Assembly (NCBI GenBank): GCA_963422375.2
Contig: OY729428.2
Span: 1,344,001 to 1,408,000, forward strand
DNA: 64,000 nucleotides
Origin: Bryobacterales bacterium
GTDB taxonomy: Bacteria > Acidobacteriota > Terriglobia > Bryobacterales > UBA6623
Direction of reading: 5' to 3'
Shown one piece after another: positions 30,165 through 40,028 of this stretch; position 1 is the first letter of the stretch; every line of letters begins with the position of its first letter. The translations under genes and the position numbers were made by a program. The notes beneath the pieces were generated by a model. That model was given only the letters and a program-made list of their open reading frames with translations. It searched no databases and was not told where the DNA came from.

Positions 30165-31139
30165 ATGTCGCACCGAAATTCGCGGAGCGGAGGGCCTAGA
30201 ACACTCCCTCTCGTCGCAGGTCCCCGTGCCGGCGCTGCGACTAGGCGATCGTTTCTCGCCGGCATGGCGTCGGTTTCTGCCGCTCTCGCGGACACGCCGA
30301 CGGTCGGCCTCGCCTTCGGTTCGTACGCGCTCTGGATGCTGACGTGGGAGGACTCGCTCGAGTTGGTCGGCCGCGCCGGATACGACGGGGTGGAGCTGGC
30401 GCTCATGCCGGACTGGCCCACTTCGCCGAAGCGCCTGTCTCGAACGGACAGGGCGGCCTTGCGCGGGCGGCTTGCTGACTTGGGATTGGACGTCCCCGCG
30501 CTGCTCGAGAACCTGCAAGCCTTGCACCCGACCCAGTCGCATGCGGAGAACTTGGAGCGGATCCGGCGGGCGATGGACCTCGGGGCGGAGATCGCAACAG
30601 GATGGCCTCCGATGCTCGAGACCGTTCTGGGGCGGCGGCCCGGCGAATGGGAAGAGGTCAAGAATCAAATGGTCGACGAGGTCGGAGAGTGGACCCGGCT
30701 GGCAGCAAGCGGGCGGACCGTGATCTGCTTCAAGCCTCACGCAGGCGATGCAGTGAACAACGTGGAGCGCAGCCTATGGCTGCTTAAGCAAGTCGGAAGC
30801 CCGTATTTTCGATGCACGTACGACTACAGCCATCTCTGGCTGGCGGGGCTTGACTTGGAGGACACGCTGGAGGCACTTCTTCCAGTCAGTCCGTACATCC
30901 ATTTGAAAGACGCCGCCGGGAAGACCGGGAGCCACCGCTTCCTGCTGCCGGGCGACGGGGCCACCGACTACGCCGCCATGTTCGGGAAGATGCGGAAGAT
31001 CGGGTATCAAGGGTATGCCAACGTCGAGGTGAGCTCGCAGATCCACAAGAGACCGGACTTTGAGCCGATCGCGACGGCCATGCTGTGCTACGAGCGGATG
31101 GCCTCCGCATACGGAGCAGCGGGTCTGCGGAGGCCCTGA
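30165..31139 (+). CDS. Sugar phosphate isomerase/epimerase, Tat-exported
   Basis: TRRSFL; GYDGVEL; YDYSH; IHLKD; LLPGDG; VEVS. Confidence 0.85.
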   Translation: MSHRNSRSGGPRTLPLVAGPRAGAATRRSFLAGMASVSAALADTPTVGLAFGSYALWMLTWEDSLELVGRAGYDGVELALMPDWPTSPKRLSRTDRAALRGRLADLGLDVPALLENLQALHPTQSHAENLERIRRAMDLGAEIATGWPPMLETVLGRRPGEWEEVKNQMVDEVGEWTRLAASGRTVICFKPHAGDAVNNVERSLWLLKQVGSPYFRCTYDYSHLWLAGLDLEDTLEALLPVSPYIHLKDAAGKTGSHRFLLPGDGATDYAAMFGKMRKIGYQGYANVEVSSQIHKRPDFEPIATAMLCYERMASAYGAAGLRRP

Positions 31140-32324
31140 CCCGGCGTTTGGGTCGGGTGTTCCGGCCCGCGATACCTGTTTGGCCGCGACTCGACTATCT
31201 CGCGTGGGCTGCCTCTCCTCCGTGGCGGCAGACCATCTCCCGGTCCAGCAAGCCACCTCGACCTGCAGCTGGCGGCGCTCGAATGATTCAAGCGACGCGG
31301 GGGCCTTGCTCTTGGCAAGAGCTCGAATTTGTCGATCGAACCCGCGAATCCGCCGGGCAAGCGCCACCTGCCTCATGCGTTGACCGTGCATGGCTCGGCG
31401 ACCATCGCGGATGCGGGCTTGAAGACTGATAGTCCGAGCTCGGTGGAAATGCAGTGTTGCGATCAGAGCTGCCGTAACAGGGTGGCACCGACAGGCTCAC
31501 CGGCAGCGAGTTCGCGCCAGGCGATTGCCTACCGTGGTTCGACGTGTGCCGAGCCTGCTCGGCAGGCGGGTCAGCGCGACAGAAGCATTGCTTGGCCCGT
31601 CCGGCGCACGGCGACTCCGACGAGAATACTGCCGGAGTGTGCCCTCTCCTGGATGACGGGTGGACCGGTCCGTATGTCAGCCGAATGGAGGGCTTACAGG
31701 AACCAGCTCCGACGTCCGCCACCTGAGACCGGATAGTCGCGCAGGACGCACCCCCGGACCGACGACGGAGGGACCCCCTCCCGCTGCACCTTCTCCTTCG
31801 GCCGCGACTCCTGCCGGAGGCTGCGGGCCCGCCGCCCTGGAAGACTCGACCGCGTTGCAGCGGCCTGAATTCGAGAAAATCCGAGAATCCGCACCCGGAC
31901 CGTTCGCTGATGGCCTCGGGCGTCGGAGAGAACTCATGTTGCACGGTCTCCCGGCATGGGCAGGTCGGCGTTGCGGTACTGCCGGCCTCGGAATACCCGC
32001 GGTCGAGAGATGCAAGGAAGCAAGCAACTCACGCAGAGCCCTAGTGTCGCAACGATATTCGCGTCCCTGACAAAGACTGCGGTCAGGACCGAGGATAGAA
32101 TCCGACAAGAAGGGAGAGCCGGACTCTGTGGGAAGCCTACGCCTGCCGTGCGACCGGTCCGACAGTCCCGCTCTGCGCGGCCAAATCCCAACGTCCGGGC
32201 AAGCTGCTGGCAACGCCCCGAGTGCCCCGGACTAATTGAGCGCCCGAGCCGAGACCTCGGCAATGGTCTGGGAACGGGTGCCGGAGTGTGGCCCTCCGTC
32301 GCCTGCGGTAGACTCGAGACAGCG

Positions 32325-33194
32325 ATGATCGATCCGCCGAAGCCCGCAAGCCCCGCCAAGCCCGCCAGGGTGGCAGAGCAAGCGGTGCCGGTCTCGGGGC
32401 TGATCGTTCCGCAGGGATCGCCGGAGGGTGCGGCCCGGGACCGCGGACGGGTCGCGAATCAGTCCGCTCCCGCCGAAATTGTCGACATGGATGAGCTGCG
32501 CAGTTCCGCGGCTGCTGCTGCCAGCGAGGGTCAACACGAAGCCCAAGCCAACCTGGAAGTCCGAATCCAAGAGAACCTGGATTCGTTTCAGACGGAGATC
32601 GAGAAGAAGATTGCAGTGGGCCATGCCGAGACCCGCAGGCTCCTTGACGCGCACGAGGAGGCGTGGGCCGCTCGGCACAACCAGCTACTGGACAAGGTCC
32701 ACTCTCTGCAGTCGGAGTATCGGACTAGTTTCGCCTCGTTACAGTCGGAAGTCCGAGACAAGATCGACTCGCACCAGTCCGAGATTCGAAGGGTGCTTGA
32801 TGAGCGCGAAAAGCGGTAGGACGCTCGCCACGACCAGCTTCAAGGCATGATCGAGTCACTCCGGTCGGCGACGGTAACTAATATCGATGCGCTGCGGTCG
32901 GAGATGAGAACGAGAATATCCGCGCTGGAGAACCGGATCAATGAGAGAGACAAGGTCTGGGATGCCCGCTACAATGCACTGCTAGCCGAGATTAGGTCCA
33001 GTCGCTGGGTTTTTAGCGTGGCCATGACCCTTGTCATGCTGCTGCTGGCCCTGATTGCGGCCGGGGTGTTGCCATTCTTTCGGGACGAGCCCGAGCGGCC
33101 AGCGCCGCCGCCCGTCGCCGCTGGCCAGTCGCAGGATCCAGCGTCGGAACTCGAACCCGGTCCCGAGAGAAGCGATCCTGATTCGGGGCCCTGA
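32325..33194 (+). pseudogene. Coiled-coil repeat protein with C-terminal TM anchor, in-frame TAG at 32817-32819
   Basis: ORFs ending 32819 and starting 32847 share a frame; repeats AWAARHNQL / KR*DARHDQL / VWDARYNAL. Confidence 0.65.
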
Positions 33195-33429
33195 CGCAGG
33201 TAGCGACAGCAATGGTCCTCGCCCCCGTCCTCGGTTCCGTTCGGAAGCCTGTAGGAAGACGGGGTGTCTGGCTTGCGCCGAGCGCCGGATGGTGACTGGT
33301 GCCGCCAGTGACGAATCGAGGGGAGATTCCATATGCGATCCAGCGATTCTAAATTCGCGCATTCCGGGATTGCCAGAGTGTCTTAGAAAGGTGTCGAAGG
33401 CAGGCAGGCACCTGACTCCTCCTAGCTCG

Positions 33430-34005
33430 ATGCGCGAGTTGGCGCGCGAGCCCGAGCATGTGCGGGGACGTTACGGGGACGGGGAATTCGGGCGCGGCTG
33501 CCTAATGGCGCTGCGCTTGGCTGAAGCGGGCGTCCGAGTGGAGCAGATCTACTACGGCGACGGCCGACCGCGGGACAGCCACGACGACATCATGACCCGG
33601 AAGGCCCACGCGGAGAGCTGCGACGGCCCGATCGCGGCCCTGCTCGAGGACCTGAAGGATCGCGGCATGCTCGACGAGACCTTGGTGATCGCGGGGAGCG
33701 AGTTCGGGCGCACGCCGGTGATCCGGAACTCGGGCACGGGGAAGGCGGGCCGCGGTCGAGACCGCAATCCTCCGGGGTATTCGGTGCTGCTGGCAGGCGG
33801 GGGGATCCGCCGCGGCCGGGCCTACGGCGCAACCGACGAATTCGGCTGCAAGGCAGCGGACCAGCCCGTCACGCCGCACGACTTGCACGCGACGGCGCTG
33901 CACCTGCTCGGCATCGACCATGCGAAGCTGACCTACCGCCATGGCGGACGGGACTATCGGCTGACAGACGTTCGCGGCACGGTGGTTCGCGACTGGCTCG
34001 CATAG
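33430..34005 (+). pseudogene. DUF1501 protein, C-terminal fragment
   Basis: GCLMALRLAEAGVR, LKDRGMLDETLV..SEFGRTP, YGATDEFG, HDLHATALHLLG; N-terminus missing, several conserved residues altered. Confidence 0.85.
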
Positions 34006-34122
34006 TCTCTCGGATTCAAGCATGGAGGGTTTTCCCAGGGAGTTCGGAAGGCTTTTGCGCCTCCGTCCGAGCTCGCGGGCCGAGTGCTGGAACAGCTGCA
34101 GGCCGGGGGGCAGGGAGTGATC

Positions 34123-35961
34123 ATGCCTGCACATGGCGGGGACCAGGCACGCACGGCGCTGCCGGCAGGCACGTTGCTCCATCACGGTGCGTACGCGGTG
34201 CGGGCCCAGCTGGGCCACGGCGGTTTCGGGATCGTCTACCGGGCGCTGCACCGTGAACTGCGGCTGGCGGTAGCGATCAAGGAGTACTTCCCGGTCGAGC
34301 TGGCCGTGCGCGAGGGCGGGACCGTCCATCCGAGGAGCGGCGCGCGCGGGGAGGATTTCGCGGACGGGCTGGAGCGCTTTCTCGGCGAGGCCCGTCGTCT
34401 GACCGAGTTCAAGGGCCTGTCGAGCATCGTGACTTGCCGGGACTTCTTCCGCGAGAACGGCACGGCGTACATCGTGATGGGCCACGAGGACGCCATGTCG
34501 CTGGGGGACCTGCTGGCGGCGCGGGAGGCGGCGGGCCAGCCGTTCGGCGAGGCCGACCTGCGGGCGGTGGTCCTGCCGCTGCTGGCAGGGCTGAGGAAGG
34601 TCCACGACGCCGGGGTGCTGCACCGGGACATCAAGCCGAGCAACATCCTGATCCGGCGGGATGCGGACCGGGAGGGCGACCGGCCGGTGCTGATCGATTT
34701 CGGAGCGGCGAAGCAGACGGTCGCGGGGCTGTCGCGGACGTACGCGCCGTACACGGAGGGGTACGCGGCGATCGAGCAAGTCGGGGAGGGCAAGCTAGGG
34801 CCGTGGACGGACCTCTACGCCCTCGGGGCGGTGATGTGGCGGATGGTGGCGGGGGGCGCGCCGGAGTCGGTGTCGCGGCTGCCGGCGAAGGTGGAGACGC
34901 GGACGAACGCGTACCTGCGGGGGGAGGCCGATCCCTTGCGCTCCGCGCGAGAGGTGGGATCCGGCCGCTTCTCGGAAAGGACACTCGAGGCGATTGACCG
35001 GTGCTTGGCGCTGCGGGACGCGGACCGGGTGCAGGACTGCGCGGATCTGGCGAGGCTCCTGCAAGTACCGAAACATGCCCCGGTGGCGCTGCGAAGTGAG
35101 GCGAAGCCGTCGGGGGCGGAATCGGATGAAGCGGAATCATCGACAGCTGCATCCGGTGAGAAGCCGCCTCCACGCCGGGTTACTCGATGGACGAGTGCCT
35201 CGCTGGCGGCGATGGTCGTCGCCGTCTCAATAGCTGCGGTCGTCTGGGTGGGGGACGTCAAGAATGGGGACGTCAAGAATGAGGTCACGAACAGCATCGG
35301 AATGCGGTTCGTGCTGGTGCGTGCGGGAAGCTTCCGGATGGGGTCGCCTCTCGGCGAGGATGGGCGGTTCCTTAACGAGCCCCTCCACGACGTGACGATC
35401 ACAAAGGACTTCTATCTCGGCAAGTACGAGGTGACCCAGCGGGAGTGGCGGGCCGTGATGGGGAACAACCCGTCTAGGTTCGCCGGGTGCGATGACTGCC
35501 CGGTAGAGAATGTGTCGTGGAACGATGCGACCGAGTTCGTCACCGAGCTGAACCAGCTGGAGAGAATCAATGCCTACCGTTTGCCGACGGAGGCGGAATG
35601 GGAGTACGCGGCGCGGGCCGGGACGGACGGGGCGCGATACCATTCCGCAATCGGAGCGGTCGCGTGGTACGCCCGAAACAGCGATGCCCGGACGCATCCG
35701 GTCGGAGGGAAAACGCCCAACGCTTGGGGTCTGCACGACATGCTGGGGAACGTGTGGGAGTGGGTGCAGGACTGGTACGGGTCCTACCCGAGCGGCGCTG
35801 CGACAGATCCGCGAGGCCCCGCTACGGGCTCCGGCCGGGTCCTTCGGGGCGGCAGCTGGAGCAACCATCCGCGGTACGGCCGGTCAGCGTACCGCTACGG
35901 GGTCAGCCCCGGCTACCGCTACAGCTACCTGGGCTTCCGCGTGCTGAGGACAGTGCCGTAA
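34123..35961 (+). CDS. Ser/Thr protein kinase-TM-FGE/SUMF1 (C-type lectin fold) protein; putative DGR target
   Basis: LGHGGFG, AIKE, HRDIKPSN, DFG, DLYALG; hydrophobic helix; NSIGMRFV, YEVTQ, YRLPTEAEWEYAAR, HDMLGNVWEW, RGGSW...LGFR. Confidence 0.92.
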   Translation: MPAHGGDQARTALPAGTLLHHGAYAVRAQLGHGGFGIVYRALHRELRLAVAIKEYFPVELAVREGGTVHPRSGARGEDFADGLERFLGEARRLTEFKGLSSIVTCRDFFRENGTAYIVMGHEDAMSLGDLLAAREAAGQPFGEADLRAVVLPLLAGLRKVHDAGVLHRDIKPSNILIRRDADREGDRPVLIDFGAAKQTVAGLSRTYAPYTEGYAAIEQVGEGKLGPWTDLYALGAVMWRMVAGGAPESVSRLPAKVETRTNAYLRGEADPLRSAREVGSGRFSERTLEAIDRCLALRDADRVQDCADLARLLQVPKHAPVALRSEAKPSGAESDEAESSTAASGEKPPPRRVTRWTSASLAAMVVAVSIAAVVWVGDVKNGDVKNEVTNSIGMRFVLVRAGSFRMGSPLGEDGRFLNEPLHDVTITKDFYLGKYEVTQREWRAVMGNNPSRFAGCDDCPVENVSWNDATEFVTELNQLERINAYRLPTEAEWEYAARAGTDGARYHSAIGAVAWYARNSDARTHPVGGKTPNAWGLHDMLGNVWEWVQDWYGSYPSGAATDPRGPATGSGRVLRGGSWSNHPRYGRSAYRYGVSPGYRYSYLGFRVLRTVP

Positions 35962-36237
35962 CCCTCTGCGCTCTTACCCTCCTGCCCTTTGCCAGAAGGC
36001 CTTGGAGACGCTGGCCGGGAGACGGGCGCGAAGCGGTCCGAATCGACCGGCCAGCCGGAACCAAGCCCGCACTCACGCACTCCCGCCGCGGAATCTCCTG
36101 GTGGCAGGTTCCTGCCGATGCTCCGTGGCGGGCCGACCGACGCCATTGCCGAAGGTTGATCTGCGGCTGTGCTGTCCGTCGCGAGTGCGACGCTGGCTTG
36201 ACGCTGCGGGGTGCCCGGCGCATTGTCGGTCAGGATC

Positions 36238-36333
36238 CAGCGATTCCAAACTTGGGCATTTTGGGATTTCCAGAGTGTCTGAGAAGAGTGTCGAAGGGAG
36301 TCTGGCGCAGGCAGGCACTTGACTTTTCCTAGC
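36238..36333 (+). repeat. Second internal copy of the element's left end
   Basis: Homologous to 33341-33426 from CAGCGATTC through GCAGGCAGGCAC..CCTAGC. Confidence 0.75.
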
Positions 36334-36340
36334 CGAATTC

Positions 36341-37860
36341 GTGAGCCGTCGTGCGTTCGCGAATGCACGGGATAGCGCACGGTCGGAAGCCGCGACGGAG
36401 GGGGTGATCACCCATCCGCACCATTCGCTGCGTGGTCGGTCGTACCCGCTCCACTTCCGGCACACGGTCAGAGGCGTGCGCATGCCGAGCTGCGTGGCGG
36501 GCGAGGCGCAGCTGGCCTCCATCCCGGCCGCCTGGACCAACTGCCGGGAGGTCGACGACCTCGAGCGAGCGTCGGCGGGATGCTCCCTGTTCCGGGCGGA
36601 CGACTTGGAAGCGCTGCGCGAGTTCGTCGACCTCCCGCTCGAAGGGGCGGAGCGTAACCAGAAATAATGGTGTTGCGTTGTCAGAATACTTTCCGCAACC
36701 CAGGCCTGATCAGGCGCGGAACCGCCCCCTAGGGAGGGAACCGGGGCGTGAGGCCTCGAAAGCGGCCGCGCGCACTGGATCTCTTGCGGCCGATCCGCGG
36801 ATTAACCAATGGAGCGTCATGACGGCCCCGAAATCTTCCGGCCCGCCCCTGCCCGGCGACAAGCGCGAGCGGCTCAAACGGGCTGGCACCCTCAATCCCC
36901 ATCCGGAGCGCGTGCGGGATCCGGCCCTTCGCGAGGGCGGCTTCTTCGACCCGCTCGACTTGTTGCAGGTGCGCTACGAGATGGTGCGCCTGGTGCGCCG
37001 TGGCTAGGTCACCCTGGCCGCGGCCGCGCAACGCTTCGGCGTCTCACGCGGGATCTGCTTCCGTGCCGTGAGGGCCTTTGCCGAATGCGGCCTGGCGGAC
37101 CTGGTGCCGCAAGTGCGGGGCCCGTGCGGACCGCACAAGGTGACGCCCGAGATCCTGCGCTTCGTGGCAGCCCACCGCGCCGAGCAGGGCGCGGTGGGGT
37201 CGCGCAAGCCGATGCCACTGATCCGCGACCGCTTCGGCGTGCAGCTGCATCCGCGTGGGCTGGAAAAGGCCTTGCAGCGAGCGAAAAGGGGAGTCCGGGA
37301 TAAGCGCGAGGGTGGCGGTCGAGGGGGACGGGGCGCGCTACGAACGCTGGCGCCGGCAGTGGCTCGAGGGGCGCGACAGCGTCGCGATCGCGAACGTGCG
37401 CTTGCACGGCCCGGCCCGGGCCGGCGGTCCTGGAGCAGGCCGGGGCCATGCTGCGCGAGCTGCCGGAAGAGCCCGGGGCCCGCCCGTGCCTGAGAGCGTG
37501 TCGCACATGGTACAAGCGCGGCACCTGGCGCGCGAGGCCGTCCTGTAGATGCGCCAGTCCTCGCTGCGACAGGACGAGCGAAACACCGAGAGCGGTCGGC
37601 GCCAGTACGAGCTGCGCCGGGAGGCGGTGGCCTTGGGCTGGCCGGAAGAGCGCATCCGCGTGATCGACGGGGACCAGGGCAAGTCGGGGGCGAGCAGCGA
37701 GCACCGCAGCGGGTTCCGCGACCTGATGGCGCGGGTGGCGGCCGGAGAGGTGGGCTTGGTGCTGAGCCTGGAGGTCTCGCGCCAGGCGCGGAACAGTGCC
37801 GACTGGCACCAACTGCTGCAGGTGGCCGCGCTGACCGACACGCTGATCCCGGAAGACCCG
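36341..37860 (+). pseudogene. Decayed y4bA-D-like module: DUF5372-like ORF, HTH ORF, large serine recombinase fragment
   Basis: ITHPHH..SIPAAWT..FRADDL; GTLNPHPERVRDP..FFDPLDLLQVRYEM (TAG at 37005); RQSS..NTES..QY..GKSG..RSGF..LEVSR..RNSADW (TAG at 37546), truncated. Confidence 0.75.
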
Positions 37861-38410
37861 CAGTGCTCGGTGCGGCGCGTCGACAGCGAGCACCGACCGC
37901 CGTACGTCCACACCATGGTCGCGGCCATCGAGGTGGCCGACGGCCACGGCACCGTCCCGCCGGTGATGCTCGTGTTCGTGCGCCCGTAGCAGGACGCGGC
38001 CGCGACCCGCGCCGACCTGAGCGAGGACGAGCGCAACCGGGACTGCGCGCAGCAACGCCGCCAAGCGCTGGATCGCCGCTCACGGCACTTGGCTGCATGC
38101 CTGCTGCCCCGTCCTGCCGGGCGACGCCCTGTACGGCTGCCAGCCGGTCTGCGAGGCCGCCGCAGCCGCCGGCATGGCTCGCACCCCCTTGATGGCCACA
38201 TCTAGAATCGCTGTATGCGATCACTCCAGGTCGGCTCGACAGGAGGTCGGCTAACGTTCGCGGCTTGACGTGTCCGGGAAGCCCTATTTCTCCCTGCGAG
38301 GCCCTGCGGCGATGAGGTCTAAGCAATTCGAGCGCAACGCGAACGATTTCGCCGGTGGGCTCGCAATATGTGATCGGGATGCGACCGTGGCGGCTGCTGA
38401 CGGTCGGGCA

Positions 38411-39904
38411 TCATTGGCCGACTCTCGAAGGTCCCTCAGGAAACGGGTCCAGCCCTTCCTTGTATCTTGGGTTCGGTCGCGGAACAACGGCGTCCGTCTC
38501 CGATAGAAACACTTCGATGAGAGCGTTCAATTCCCTCACTCTCTCGGGACTCGAGCCCGCAACGTCGCGCCGCTCGCCGATGTCGTCCCGGAGATTGTAG
38601 AGTTCAAAGCGGTCCGCCTGGCCAGGTCCGTCGCAGTAGATCCGGATCAGCTTCCAGTCGCCTGCCCGCACCGCCGTGCTGGGGCGCTGGACGGTGGCCT
38701 GGGTGTAGTTGGGGATGTGCGTGAAGATCGCCCGCCTCTCGAGGCTCTGCCCGCGGAGTGCCGGCACGATGCTAATTCCGTCGAACTCTTGGCCCGCCTG
38801 CGCGGGCGTACCTGTCATTTCGAGCAAGGTTGGGTAGAAGTCGATGCTCTGGACGATCTCGTCGCTCTTCGACGCGGGCCGGACCGTCCCCGGCCAGACT
38901 ATGATCAGGGGCTCGCGGATCCCCCCTTCGTAGATGGACGACTTTCCGCTCCTAAGCGGGGCGTTGCTGGTGACAGCCACGCCGCCGTCGAAGCGATGGA
39001 CCATTCCGCCGTTGTCGGAGAAGAACACGATGACCGTGCGGTCCGCGATGCCGAGTTCGTCGATGGTTCCGACAAGAGTCCCGATGGCGTCGTCCAGGCT
39101 CTCGACCATCGCTCCGTTGATCGGATTGCGCTGCGGATAGTCAGGGTCGGCCCGTTTGCGGTACTTGTCGACGAGTTCGGGCTTGCCTTGGATCGGCGCG
39201 TGAACCGAAAAGCACCAGTAGTTGAGAAAGAACGGCCGGTCCTTGTTATCGCGCATGAACCGCGAGGCTTCGACGGCCATCCGATCTTCGATGTGCTCGC
39301 CCTCTTGCCCTTCGCCCGGCCAGAAGCTCCACGGCCCGAGGTAGCCGCCGGAGGGCCCCGGACCCGGGGTGTGCGGCAGGTTGATGCCGAAGCCTTGGCG
39401 GTAGGGGTCGTACGGCTCTCGCCCGAGGTGCCACTTGCCGAAATGCCCGGTCTCGTAACCCGCGCCGCGGAGCGCCTCCGCCAGCGTGATGTACTCGAGC
39501 CCGAGGCGGGTCAGGCTCTCGGCGGCCAAGGCGGGCTGGTTCTCGCGCCCCCGCGGCCGCAGGCCTTTTTCCAGCCGCTCCGCCGCCAGATGGCCGCTTG
39601 CCGAGGTGATGCCGATCCGTGCGGGGTGGAGCCCCGTCATGATGCTGGCGCGCGTTGGCGAGCAGATCGCGGCCGCGGCGTAGGCGTTTGTGAATTGCAT
39701 TCCGCGCCGGGCGAGCGCGTCGATATGGGGTGTCTCGTAGAACTCGCTGCCGTAGAGCGATGTGTCCCTCCATCCGAGGTCGTCGGCCAGGATGAAGACC
39801 ACATTGGGCGGTCGCTCGGCCTGCGCGGCGGGAGCGCGCGCCGCTGCCAGAAATTGCAGCAGCAGGGCCGCCACCGCCGACCATGCGCCAACTGACGTGC
39901 CCAT
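38411..39904 (-). CDS. Sulfatase
   Basis: LADDLG, CSPTRASIMTG, GKWHLG, SDNGG, YEGGIREP. Confidence 0.95.
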   Translation of the reverse strand: MGTSVGAWSAVAALLLQFLAAARAPAAQAERPPNVVFILADDLGWRDTSLYGSEFYETPHIDALARRGMQFTNAYAAAAICSPTRASIMTGLHPARIGITSASGHLAAERLEKGLRPRGRENQPALAAESLTRLGLEYITLAEALRGAGYETGHFGKWHLGREPYDPYRQGFGINLPHTPGPGPSGGYLGPWSFWPGEGQEGEHIEDRMAVEASRFMRDNKDRPFFLNYWCFSVHAPIQGKPELVDKYRKRADPDYPQRNPINGAMVESLDDAIGTLVGTIDELGIADRTVIVFFSDNGGMVHRFDGGVAVTSNAPLRSGKSSIYEGGIREPLIIVWPGTVRPASKSDEIVQSIDFYPTLLEMTGTPAQAGQEFDGISIVPALRGQSLERRAIFTHIPNYTQATVQRPSTAVRAGDWKLIRIYCDGPGQADRFELYNLRDDIGERRDVAGSSPERVRELNALIEVFLSETDAVVPRPNPRYKEGLDPFPEGPSRVGQ

Positions 39905-40028
39905 TGCCCTTCCGCCTTCGCTCGCTGGATCCGCCCTCTAGGAATTGCTCGGCACTCGCCCGCTTCGGCTCTCGACGTTTCTCATGTCCGCCGGTCCCAA
40001 GGTGATCGACGGAGGGGGTGGCGAGGGG

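Larger units (their letters stand above)
33341..38213. mobile_element. Non-autonomous TIR element with cargo
   Basis: TIRs CAGCGATTCTAAAT / ATCTAGAATCGCTG; exact 9-bp TSD TATGCGATC at 33332-33340 and 38214-38222. Confidence 0.8.

Noticed and set aside
31140..32320. 1.2-kb region as ncRNA or small genes
   Set aside because: No recognisable motif, repeat or credible ORF; left unannotated
32817..32819. Programmed pyrrolysine or stop-codon recoding
   Set aside because: TAG is used as a normal stop in many genes here, and no pyl genes are seen; a single TGG->TAG change suffices
34006..34060. GGATTCAAGC-containing segment (also near 49374) as another IS end
   Set aside because: Only ~10 nt shared, and no partner inverted repeat or TSD found
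34123..35961. FGE domain as the sulfatase-maturing enzyme for nearby sulfatases
   Set aside because: Lacks the catalytic Cys pair after RGGS and is fused to a kinase; fits a ligand-binding CLec domain
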